Below, piece after piece: positions 36,697 through 44,283 of a DNA stretch of 64,000 nt (positions are counted from its first letter, which is position 1; each line of letters starts with the position of its first letter). Made by a program: the position numbers and the translations under genes. The DNA comes from Thermoplasmatota archaeon (GTDB lineage Archaea; Thermoplasmatota; Penumbrarchaeia; Penumbrarchaeales; Penumbrarchaeaceae), in the NCBI GenBank assembly GCA_049472215.1, contig JBLIRH010000002.1:23815-87814 (forward strand), read 5' to 3'. The notes beneath the pieces were generated by a model, which had not been told where the DNA came from, did no database searches, and was given only the letters and a program-made list of their open reading frames with translations.

Positions 36697-37383
36697 TCAT
36701 TTCGCCTCGACGTCTATCACAACATCTTCCGACCTCACCTTGTCGTAGAACTCCTTCAGATTGTCGCTTATGTGAAACTTCTTATCCATCTTGCTGTAGA
36801 TAACGTCTATCAGCAGGACCAGTGCTCCCTTTATCAGAAGATAGATGGCAGTGGACAGGGCGAGCATCACGCCTCCGATGATGAAGATGATGATGTAGGC
36901 CGCAAGATGAAAACCCGTGAACCCCGTGAAGTAGATCGATATGGAATCGGTCGTGACGACTGCGAGGATTATGAGCCCGACCACGATATCTATCTTGATG
37001 AGTCCTTCCCGGACCGGTTTGATGATGCTCTCCACCGCATCGTCCTTGAGAGCCTTTATCGGATGATAGACGATCTCCAGGACCCCCCAGAACTCCCTGA
37101 TCTCCATCCCGGTGAAGACTGCTATCCCGACGTAGATGAATCCGAAACACAGGTGGACGAGGTTCGGAACATCTATATTCCAGGGGTCGAAGAGGTCCCA
37201 TAGCAATATCGGTATGTGGATCAGGAGTGAAAGCAGCAGCAGGGGAACCCCCAGGATCAGGATCATCAGGAAAGCCGAGTGCCTCTTGGCTTTCTCTATC
37301 GGGTATCTGTCCCTGAACCTCTCGAGCATCCGGAGTATCCAGGAGAGTGATCTCACGAACGCTCCCTTTCTCCGTTTCCCCAT
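36697..37383 (-). CDS. Polytopic membrane protein, function unknown
   Basis: At least four hydrophobic helices (FLMILILGVPLLLLSLLIHIPILLW, LCFGFIYVGIAVFTGM, VVGLIILAVVTT, AAYIIIFIIGGVMLALSTAIYLL). Confidence 0.5.
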   Translation of the reverse strand: MGKRRKGAFVRSLSWILRMLERFRDRYPIEKAKRHSAFLMILILGVPLLLLSLLIHIPILLWDLFDPWNIDVPNLVHLCFGFIYVGIAVFTGMEIREFWGVLEIVYHPIKALKDDAVESIIKPVREGLIKIDIVVGLIILAVVTTDSISIYFTGFTGFHLAAYIIIFIIGGVMLALSTAIYLLIKGALVLLIDVIYSKMDKKFHISDNLKEFYDKVRSEDVVIDVEAK

Positions 37384-37422
37384 GCCCTTTCAATTCAGGG
37401 TGGATATTTCTAACTTTTTCTT

Positions 37423-37824
37423 CTACAGCCTCCCTCGCCCGGAACGTATCCTTTCCGTTCTTCCCTTATCCCTGGGTTTCGCCTCCCACCCCAGTTCCGA
37501 AAGGAGCAAAAGCTTCCCGTCCGGAAGAGGATAGACAGATGACACCACGGACATGGTCCCCCTGGCCGAGGGTATCAGGCTGGTCCGCAGGTTCTGGGGG
37601 GCCCCCGTATCAACAGCTATCTTCAAAGCATCGGGTAGTCCCATCACCTTTGCCATTGGGATTGCTTCTTCGAGCTTCAATTCGGAGATAGGGGTATCGT
37701 TCAATGGAGGGAGGTCATGGGAAGCCGCCTCGTTCATCCAGAGAACGGACATGGACACAGGATCGATGAGGGCCGCCTTGACCTTAACCGGGCCGTTCTT
37801 ACCATCAATTTTTCTGTCCACCAT
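37423..37824 (-). CDS. Small soluble protein, possibly a PAS-like fold
   Basis: AALIDPVSMSVLWMNEAA...RGTMSVVSSVYPLPDGKLLLLSE resembles a PAS core. This is a weak call made by eye. Confidence 0.4.
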   Translation of the reverse strand: MVDRKIDGKNGPVKVKAALIDPVSMSVLWMNEAASHDLPPLNDTPISELKLEEAIPMAKVMGLPDALKIAVDTGAPQNLRTSLIPSARGTMSVVSSVYPLPDGKLLLLSELGWEAKPRDKGRTERIRSGRGRL

Positions 37825-37892
37825 ATCATCCTGCCCTTAACTGCATGATTATGGAAAGATCCCGTCTTAAACATGCTGATGAAGGCGGGTTA

Positions 37893-38240
37893 TTACCTCT
37901 TGCAGGACATCCTTCCCTGCTCAACCATATCCTCGGCATACCCGAGCCGGCCGGCCTCCTTTATCCTTCTCAGGCTCTCGTTCCTGTTGGAGCGAAGGAC
38001 GAAGGAAATGGTCCTCGCAAAGAAATTGTTCAGCTTTGCGCAATCCTTCGGATCAGAGAATTCGGCACAATCGGCACAGGTGGAATACCCGTGCTCCATG
38101 TTGCACGTTCTCACCTGGCACCAGGTCGCCTTCTCGTTCTTGGCACAACCCGGACACCTGCCGTTCTTGAACTTGCCGCATTCGCCGCAGTAGAGCCCGC
38201 AGAATGCAACAAGATCGGCGTTCGCTAATTTCTCGGCCAT
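37893..38240 (-). CDS. Cys-rich DUF3795-like protein
   Basis: FCGLYCGECGKFKNGRCPGCAKNEKATWCQVRTCNMEHGYSTCADCAEF has the Cys spacing typical of DUF3795, as I recall it. Confidence 0.6.
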   Translation of the reverse strand: MAEKLANADLVAFCGLYCGECGKFKNGRCPGCAKNEKATWCQVRTCNMEHGYSTCADCAEFSDPKDCAKLNNFFARTISFVLRSNRNESLRRIKEAGRLGYAEDMVEQGRMSCKR

Positions 38241-38378
38241 AGAGATCCCTTTACCAGGTGGATGAACGGGTATTTAACCCCGTCCGGACAGGAGTTCCGT
38301 GAAAGTAATTCTTTCAGTGAGTCCGGCGAACATGACAAATATTGAAACTGGCAATGTCGAAAAGGGAGTCATAGGAAG

Positions 38379-39236
38379 ATGCGGGATGACGAGGAAGAGG
38401 ATGAGGTCTGGGAGTCCAATAGTCTTTTGATATGGACACTGATCGCTGGAGCTGCGATCCTGACCCTGATATTCATTTGGGCCGCTATAAGGTTCAGCTG
38501 CTATGCACTTGCAGGTGCGGCTCTGCTTCTTGGTCTGATCGTTATCCTCGCCATCATGGGCCGCAGAAAAATGGAGAAGGAACGCTGGTTCAAGAAACTG
38601 TACCTCAAGGAACTGACAAGGTTCCCCGGCCGGACCTTCATCGGAGTTCTGCCGGAACATATCCGTAGAACGATGAATTCGTCCTCCTTTGACTTCGGCA
38701 TCAACCAATGGTGGGTCTCAATAGAAAGGCGGGGGCATACTATTTACACGGGAACCTTCTTCCGCAGCGTTCCGTCGATGGGTAATGATGATCACCAGCC
38801 GCCGGAGTACCACCTTTGTGCGGTGATGGAGCTCCCGCTCAAGGGAAGACATGTTAGCTTGACAAAGAACATCGACCTCCTGAGCCTGCCGAGGAGATTG
38901 GGCATCTCGGATTACAGATACGGCAATAAGTACTTCGAGGATAATTTTACCATCGTGGCGGAACCGAAGGACGAGGGGCATCTCATACTCACGGGCAGGG
39001 TGATGGATCGGATAATGAACAGCCTTAACGACTGCGAGCTCTACATTGGGGACGGTCTGCTTATCGTATCCGACAGGATCTCGGAGCTCTACCTTTATCA
39101 GAGCGCTAAGAACCCTGATGTGGACTGCATCCTCTACAAATGGAACGACAGCGTACCGGACAAGATGATCGATCTAAGTGAGACGTTACTCGATAGGGAT
39201 CCGAAAGAAGTGATCATTGCAGCTGAAGTTCCATGA
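38379..39236 (+). CDS. Membrane protein, DUF3137-like
   Basis: Two N-terminal TMs, and a C-terminal segment YFEDNFTIVAEPKDEGHLILTGRVMDRIMNSL that resembles the FE..F.V.......ARYLLTP..MERL motif of DUF3137, recalled from memory. Confidence 0.5.
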   Translation: MRDDEEEDEVWESNSLLIWTLIAGAAILTLIFIWAAIRFSCYALAGAALLLGLIVILAIMGRRKMEKERWFKKLYLKELTRFPGRTFIGVLPEHIRRTMNSSSFDFGINQWWVSIERRGHTIYTGTFFRSVPSMGNDDHQPPEYHLCAVMELPLKGRHVSLTKNIDLLSLPRRLGISDYRYGNKYFEDNFTIVAEPKDEGHLILTGRVMDRIMNSLNDCELYIGDGLLIVSDRISELYLYQSAKNPDVDCILYKWNDSVPDKMIDLSETLLDRDPKEVIIAAEVP

Positions 39237-39257
39237 CCGTGCATTTGATCTCACTTG

Positions 39258-40556
39258 TCACTTCTCGACGATCTTCACCATGTGGGTGGCACATGAGATG
39301 CAAGGATCATATGCCCTTGCGATGAGCTCCATCTTGTTTCGGAGCTCCTGCTTTTCCAGCCCCTGGTCGCTGAGGAGCTTTCCGACCTTCTTCATGTCCT
39401 GGTCGATGATCAGATTGTTGATAGCGGTGGGGGTGATGATATTGGCATCGGTTATCATGCCTTCTTTGTCGATCCAATATTCATGATAGAGCGTCCCCCT
39501 GGGGACCTCCAGCGAACCTATTCCATGGCTCTCCCTGGGCTCCACCTTCATGGGCTTCTCATCCTTTATCCCCAGATACAGCAATCTGTCGATGAGCTCC
39601 ATCGCGCGTTCCCAGGCATAGATACACTCAAAGGCCTGGCCCAGGTTGTTGTGAAGTATGTTGTTCGATGGGAACGGGAAGAAGATATCCTTCGCCTCGA
39701 GGATGTGGGGGTGCCTGAACTCCTTCATGATGTTGAGCCTGGAAAGCGATCCCACCATCACGGCGTCCCCCCCGGAGGTCTTGCTCACCTTCGCTGTGGA
39801 CCATGGGATGATCTCCTCCTTGATCACCTTCCGGTAATCGGAGAGAGGGAACCTCCTGTCGTCAAGTGCGATCATGTCGCCCATCAACGTGAACTCGTCA
39901 TTTTCGGAGGAGACGAGCGTGGAATACGGAGCTGTCAGCTCCATCTCCGAGGGATACGACAACGATGAGAACAACCTGTAGGCCTCGACAGTATCCTTCA
40001 CGTTCTCCCTGAGCTTGTCTCGAAGCTCCACGAGCTTCCTTCTCGATGGGATCCCAGTGAAACCTCCGATTATCGGTTTCTCGGGATGTATCGGCCTGCC
40101 GCCGATGAGCTCCTGGATGTCGTTCCCGATCCCCTTCAGCTTCAGCGCCCTGTTGACCTCGACGGGATGGTCCTTGTAGAGGGCTATCGCGTTGGGCATC
40201 CCGAGATAGTCCGGCAGCGCAAGGAAATATGTGTGGAGATAGTGGCTCTCAAGGATCGATCCCATGTGTATGAGCTCCCTTAGAAGCTCCGTCTGCTCCG
40301 AAACCTCGACCTCGAATGCCTGCTCGATCGCTTTTATCGATGCAAGCTTGTGGGAAACGGTGCATATGGCGCATATCCTGGTCACTATGGAGGGAACATG
40401 CCTGAAGTATTTGCCCCGGACCAGGACCTCGAAGAACCTGGGACCCTCGGTGATCGAGAAATTTACATCCTTTATCCGGTCACCGTCGAATTCCAGGAAT
40501 ATCTCCCCGTGCCCTTCGACCCTGGCGACCGGCTCTATCTCTACGTACTTCTTCAC
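39258..40556 (-). CDS. [NiFe]-hydrogenase large (catalytic) subunit, group-3-like
   Basis: N-terminal ARVEGHGEI. First Cys pair RICAICTVSH (RxCGxCxxxH type). EVPRGTLYHEY is present. Second Cys pair YDPCISCATH is followed by only 7 aa (MVKIVEK). GTG start overlaps the upstream TGA (GTGA). Confidence 0.9.
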   Translation of the reverse strand: MKKYVEIEPVARVEGHGEIFLEFDGDRIKDVNFSITEGPRFFEVLVRGKYFRHVPSIVTRICAICTVSHKLASIKAIEQAFEVEVSEQTELLRELIHMGSILESHYLHTYFLALPDYLGMPNAIALYKDHPVEVNRALKLKGIGNDIQELIGGRPIHPEKPIIGGFTGIPSRRKLVELRDKLRENVKDTVEAYRLFSSLSYPSEMELTAPYSTLVSSENDEFTLMGDMIALDDRRFPLSDYRKVIKEEIIPWSTAKVSKTSGGDAVMVGSLSRLNIMKEFRHPHILEAKDIFFPFPSNNILHNNLGQAFECIYAWERAMELIDRLLYLGIKDEKPMKVEPRESHGIGSLEVPRGTLYHEYWIDKEGMITDANIITPTAINNLIIDQDMKKVGKLLSDQGLEKQELRNKMELIARAYDPCISCATHMVKIVEK

Positions 40557-41245
40557 TGGTCATCCCTCCTTGATCCGGCAAGATGCTCCATGACCTTCTT
40601 TCCTTCCTCGGAGTAGGAGAAGAGCTTGATCAGATCGATCACGTGGTCGAGGTTGATCCCGTACTTCGTGTAATCCCTGACCGCGAACTTGATGAGGTCC
40701 TCGTGGAATACGACCCCCCTGCAGCCGATACAGGTCGAACCGTTCCTCGTGCAGTAAGCGTTGCACCCGGAATATGTGAGAGGTCCGAGACAGATGTTTC
40801 CCCGGTAAAGGTTGCAGGATTCTCCCTGAAGTGGACACATAGCGCATACGACCGTTGCTGACAGGTCAAGGTCCCTGCAGAGAGGAACATACGGGCAATC
40901 TCCCGATGTCGGGCAGTCCCGGCAGCTCTGCTCGTGCTGGGACATTGTCAGCTGAAGGATCGTCCTCCTGAGATCGTAGAGCTTCCTCGAATTGGTATGG
41001 ATGATCATGTTCTCCCTGATGGGGGTCTGGCAGGATTCCCTGATGATCTTCGACTTCCCCTCCCCCAGTTCCACCAAGCACATCCTGCAGTTCCCGGTGT
41101 TCAATTTCCCGAGCACCGGATTGTAGCAGATGTGGGGAAGCTCCACTCCCCTCTCAATGCAAAGCTGCAGTATGGTCTGGCCGGGTTTCCCGAAATACTC
41201 CTTGCCGTCAATGACCACCCTCACCTTCTTCTCCACCATCGTCAT
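40553..41245 (-). CDS. Chimeric Fe-S subunit: NuoG/HoxU-type [2Fe-2S] + His-ligated [4Fe-4S], fused to the 8-Cys C-terminal half of a group-3 [NiFe] small subunit
   Basis: C40-x12-C53-x2-C56-x15-C72 (2Fe-2S). H104-x3-C-x2-C-x5-C (HEQSCRDCPTSGDC). Then CAMCPLQGESCNLYRGNICLGPLTYSGCNAYCTRNGSTCIGCRG, which is 8 Cys, enough for two 4Fe-4S clusters. Confidence 0.85.
   Translation of the reverse strand: MTMVEKKVRVVIDGKEYFGKPGQTILQLCIERGVELPHICYNPVLGKLNTGNCRMCLVELGEGKSKIIRESCQTPIRENMIIHTNSRKLYDLRRTILQLTMSQHEQSCRDCPTSGDCPYVPLCRDLDLSATVVCAMCPLQGESCNLYRGNICLGPLTYSGCNAYCTRNGSTCIGCRGVVFHEDLIKFAVRDYTKYGINLDHVIDLIKLFSYSEEGKKVMEHLAGSRRDDQ
40706..40855 (-). other. Domain: C-terminal (medial/distal cluster) half of the [NiFe] small subunit
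   Basis: C-x2-C-x6-C-x7-C-x8-C-x3-C-x6-C-x2-C with an embedded CLGP, as in sulfhydrogenase delta / MvhG-type small subunits (pattern recalled from memory). Confidence 0.7.
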
Positions 41246-42988
41246 CTACTCCACCTCCTCGACGGGCTTGTCGAAGGGGCCCATCCTTTCAAGCTCCTTG
41301 TAGAGCCTGGCTTTCAGGATCTGGTTCGACCAGTGGATAGCTCCCTGATTGTAGTTCTTCATCCTATTGATGCGGTCCTCGATGACACTTGGGTCCGTAT
41401 TGGGATACTGACCGCCTCCGGTGATGCACCCCTTCAGGCACGGAATGAACTCCACGAAATCGTAATCCTCGATATTGGAGAGAACATTGTCCGCATTGGT
41501 CAGGTCGGTCACCGTCGCGACCTTGAAATGAACGTCGGGATAGTCAACGGTCCTAACCACGGTCCCATCCTCGAGAACGATCTTCTGAAGCACATTCTGC
41601 CTTACCTTCAGGGCCATGGTGTAGTCCACGACCTCGTCCCCGAGCCCATCGGTCGCAGGCGTATCCGCAAGGATATCGATCAACGGCTCCGTCATGACGA
41701 ACCTGTCGAAGGAGACCGTTTCGATATCGCAGAGGTCGACGTTGATGCGGTTCTTCTGGATCAGCCTCGAGACCTCCTTGGTGGAGATCACAGCATCGAA
41801 GTCCGCCATCTTCTTCATGGCAGTGCACGGAGTGATCATTGCCAGGAAAACGGGCCCGTACCTCTTCTCGATCATCTCCCTGGCGATCGGGCCTGGTCTC
41901 GCTTCAAGATCGAGATAGTCCTTGTACTCGAATTTGTGCTTGGTGATCCAGATGTTGGCGGAGGGGCACCACGACATGATCTTGGTCCTTCCCGGATCGT
42001 CCAGCGAATCCTGGACCGTCTTGAATATCGACACATGCTGGGCTGCGGCGAAGTTGAAGACCTTCCACATGCCGAGCTGCTTCAGAGCGACGATGACCTT
42101 CCTCATGAGGGCGTGGGTGTTGTCAGGTTCATCGACCTGAAGGTTCTCAGAAAGTGAGGCCAGGATCATGGGATCGACCAGGGCGACCACGCGCTCTCCG
42201 CTTTTCAGGGCGTTCTCGAGCTTCTTGATGTTGTGTTCCCTCTCCTTCAGGGCCCCGCAGAAGCAGAACTGCACGCACTGGCCGCATGAGATGCAGGTCG
42301 TCCTAGCAAAGGTCGACCCGAAGGGGGTCGAGACCCTTTCCTTCCAGTTCCTGCCCACCATGGAGATCGCCTTTACCCCGAGTCCCTCGTCGCAGACATT
42401 GACGCATCTCCGGCAGGATATGCACTTCTCGGGCAGATAGTTGACCACGGGGTCCTTGATCTCCTCAACATCATCCGGTAACTGCCTGTCGATGGGCAGG
42501 GGGAGCGTCACGTTCTTATGGGGGTCCATGGTAGCGAACTTCTGGAAGTAGTAGATGACCTCGGACTCCCTGACGGGGCAGCCCCTTATGGTGTAATCGA
42601 CCTCTATGAAATAGTCCAGGGGATACGCCTTCTTCAGCGGCGTGGTATTGATCATGGTGGTCCCGTAGACCGCCTTGTAAGCTTCGGAGGCTCCCTGTAT
42701 GTCCTTTCCCGTGGCAACCCCGCCGGATGCAGCGCAGGTCCCTATCCCCACCACCCTTCTCGAGTTCTTCCTGATGTGGTGGAGGACCTCGATATCCTCC
42801 TCGGTCACCACCGCACCTTCCACGAAGGCTATGTCAAGCATCCCGAAATCCTGCCCCGAGGAGGCCATGGAGAATACCCTGATGTCAAGGGATTCGAAGA
42901 TCTCCAGAAGCTCCTCCTCGCAGTTGAGAATGGCCAGCTGGTCGCCGGCGCAGGAAGTGAGACCGAATATGCCGACCTTCACCTTCAT
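41246..42988 (-). CDS. Chimeric hydrogenase subunit: [NiFe] small-subunit N-domain + 2x[4Fe-4S] ferredoxin domain + [FeFe]-hydrogenase H-cluster-type domain (580 aa)
   Basis: ATG 42988 (MKVKVGIFGLTSCAGD) overlaps the NuoF-like stop (ATGA). Small-subunit motifs are LTSCAGD, GIGTCAASGG and IRGCP. Ferredoxin motifs are CISCRRCVNVC and CISCGQCVQFC. H-domain motifs are MSWCPSANIW, ITPCTAMKK and EFIPCLKGCITGGGQ. The 42-aa N-terminal extension in the ORF track was rejected. Confidence 0.85.
   Translation of the reverse strand: MKVKVGIFGLTSCAGDQLAILNCEEELLEIFESLDIRVFSMASSGQDFGMLDIAFVEGAVVTEEDIEVLHHIRKNSRRVVGIGTCAASGGVATGKDIQGASEAYKAVYGTTMINTTPLKKAYPLDYFIEVDYTIRGCPVRESEVIYYFQKFATMDPHKNVTLPLPIDRQLPDDVEEIKDPVVNYLPEKCISCRRCVNVCDEGLGVKAISMVGRNWKERVSTPFGSTFARTTCISCGQCVQFCFCGALKEREHNIKKLENALKSGERVVALVDPMILASLSENLQVDEPDNTHALMRKVIVALKQLGMWKVFNFAAAQHVSIFKTVQDSLDDPGRTKIMSWCPSANIWITKHKFEYKDYLDLEARPGPIAREMIEKRYGPVFLAMITPCTAMKKMADFDAVISTKEVSRLIQKNRINVDLCDIETVSFDRFVMTEPLIDILADTPATDGLGDEVVDYTMALKVRQNVLQKIVLEDGTVVRTVDYPDVHFKVATVTDLTNADNVLSNIEDYDFVEFIPCLKGCITGGGQYPNTDPSVIEDRINRMKNYNQGAIHWSNQILKARLYKELERMGPFDKPVEEVE
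41354..42226 (-). other. Domain: [FeFe]-hydrogenase large-subunit C-terminal (H-cluster) type
   Basis: Four Cys (aa 341, 388, 517, 521) have spacings of 97 (from the last ferredoxin Cys), 47, 129 and 4 residues. These are close to the TSCCPxW / MPCxxKxxE / ExMxCxxGCxxGGGQP spacing of clostridial CpI. VFNFAAAQH resembles VFDTxFxAD. Confidence 0.7.
42245..42436 (-). other. Domain: 2x[4Fe-4S] ferredoxin-like
   Basis: Two CxxCxxCxxxC motifs at aa 189-199 and 232-242. Confidence 0.8.
42539..42988 (-). other. Domain: NuoB-like N-terminal half of a group-3 [NiFe] small subunit (proximal cluster)
   Basis: The pattern G.F.LTSC.G...(VEG)...G.GTCA..GG...Y.I.GCP matches. The second Cys of the usual CxxC is Asp here (SCAGD). 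Confidence 0.75.
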
Positions 42989-44283
42989 GACCTGCCACCT
43001 CCCATGGGACAGACCTTTGAAGGGCACTCTCCGCGGATATGAGAGTCGAAGACCTCCCTGAAATTGTTGTAGGCGGAGGAGAATGGGGTGGAAGCCGTCT
43101 TTCCAAGGCCGCAAATTGAAGCGGTGTCCATGACACCGGAGATCTCCATCGCCCGCTCAAGCTCCCCGTCCTTGGCTTTGCCCGTTCTCAACCTCTCCAA
43201 TATCCTTGATACGTGATGGGTCCCGGTCCTGCAGGGCGTACACTTTCCACAGCTCTCGTGTGAGAAGAAACCCATGAGATTGTGAGCGATATCAACAACG
43301 CAGCTCTTCTCGTTGAAGACCACGATCACCCCCGATCCCAGGGTGAGGCCGTCGGCCTCCGCATCCTCCATGGAGAACTTCGTCTCCAACCTCTCTTTGG
43401 GTATCAGCGAACCGGATGCGCCCCCGAGGAGCACGAAACCGATCTCCTTTCCGTCCACCCCGCCGCCGAGGTCGTTGATGATATCCATCAACGTGCATTT
43501 ACCCATTTCAACCTCGTAGGCACCTGGAGACTTGACATGCCCCGTCAGGGAAACGATCCTCGTCCCCGTCGATTGGGTTGTTCCTATTGACCTGTAATTG
43601 TCCCCGCCCTCCATGATGATGTAGGGGACGTTGGCAAGGGTCTCAACGTTGTTGACACAGGTGGGTTTATCGAACACACCCGAGACCGAGGTCCTTGTTA
43701 TCTTTATCTTGGCCTGGCCGGCCATCCCCTCGATGGATTGGAGGATCGCGGAAGATTCACCGCAGACATATGCCCCTGCACCCTTTACGACCTCGATCTC
43801 CAGATCGAAGTTCTTTCCAAGGATCCCCTTACCGAGAAGGTTGCGGTCCTTTGCCGTCTGAATGATGGACCTGAGCTTTGGGGGAAGGAAAGGGTATTCC
43901 CCGCGATTGTAGATGAAGGCCTTTTCGATGCCCATCGCATAGGCCGCGATCGTCATTCCCTCGATCAGGAGGAATGGGTCCGTCTCCACCAGCGTCCTGT
44001 CCTTAATAGTGCCCTCCTCGCCCTCGTCGAAGTTTGCAATGAGGTACTTCGGTGTTTTGTTCTGCATGGCCACTGATTCCCATTTGAAGCCGGCGTGGAA
44101 CCCGGCCCCTCCCCTTCCCCTGATGCGGGATTTCGAGACCTCGTTCACGACCCACCTTGAACCTTTATCAAGGGCTTTCTTCAATGCCTCGTAACCGCCC
44201 GCGCTGATGTAATGGTCGATGTTCCACCCGTCGTAACCGCCCCTTCCACGGTTCTTCAAGAGGATCCTGGTTTCCTGGACCAA
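42985..44283 (-). CDS. NuoF/HoxF-like flavoprotein (FMN, NAD(P)H, [4Fe-4S])
   Basis: RGRGGAGFHAGFKW, NFDEGEEGTIKDR, GAGAYVCGESSA, ESCGKCTPCRTG, ICGLGKTA. The TTG start abuts the NuoE-like TGA. Confidence 0.9.
   Translation of the reverse strand: MVQETRILLKNRGRGGYDGWNIDHYISAGGYEALKKALDKGSRWVVNEVSKSRIRGRGGAGFHAGFKWESVAMQNKTPKYLIANFDEGEEGTIKDRTLVETDPFLLIEGMTIAAYAMGIEKAFIYNRGEYPFLPPKLRSIIQTAKDRNLLGKGILGKNFDLEIEVVKGAGAYVCGESSAILQSIEGMAGQAKIKITRTSVSGVFDKPTCVNNVETLANVPYIIMEGGDNYRSIGTTQSTGTRIVSLTGHVKSPGAYEVEMGKCTLMDIINDLGGGVDGKEIGFVLLGGASGSLIPKERLETKFSMEDAEADGLTLGSGVIVVFNEKSCVVDIAHNLMGFFSHESCGKCTPCRTGTHHVSRILERLRTGKAKDGELERAMEISGVMDTASICGLGKTASTPFSSAYNNFREVFDSHIRGECPSKVCPMGGGRS

Noticed and set aside
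39237-39257. The 21-nt gap between the convergent DUF3137-like gene and the [NiFe] large-subunit gene as a terminator.
   Set aside because: It contains no hairpin or T-tract of note and is too short to call.
41246-41248. TAG as a pyrrolysine or read-through codon joining the two hydrogenase chimeras (and joining the KaiC-like ORFs at 10255-10257).
   Set aside because: By my count TAG terminates about 13 of about 60 genes here (for example 1069, 11945, 19879, 20380, 28121, 35669, 45968, 56863 and 57477). It therefore behaves as a normal stop, and no pyl genes are seen. It is kept only as a low-priority check.
40934-42157. A 407-aa plus-strand ORF antisense to the hydrogenase genes. Similar long antisense ORFs occur at 16671-18260, 29135-30157, 53099-54160, 33837-34715, 44536-45405, 46991-47716 and 59724-60530.
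   Set aside because: These are shadow ORFs opposite genes with strong catalytic or structural motifs. Their translations are R/G/P/H/D-rich and low in complexity, with no recognisable motif, signal or SD/TATA context.
42989-43114. A 42-aa N-terminal extension of the chimeric hydrogenase ORF (track start at 43114).
   Set aside because: The extension lies entirely inside the NuoF-like gene in another frame. ATG 42988 forms an ATGA overlap with the NuoF-like stop and starts exactly at the conserved small-subunit N-terminus (MKVKVGIFGLTSC).
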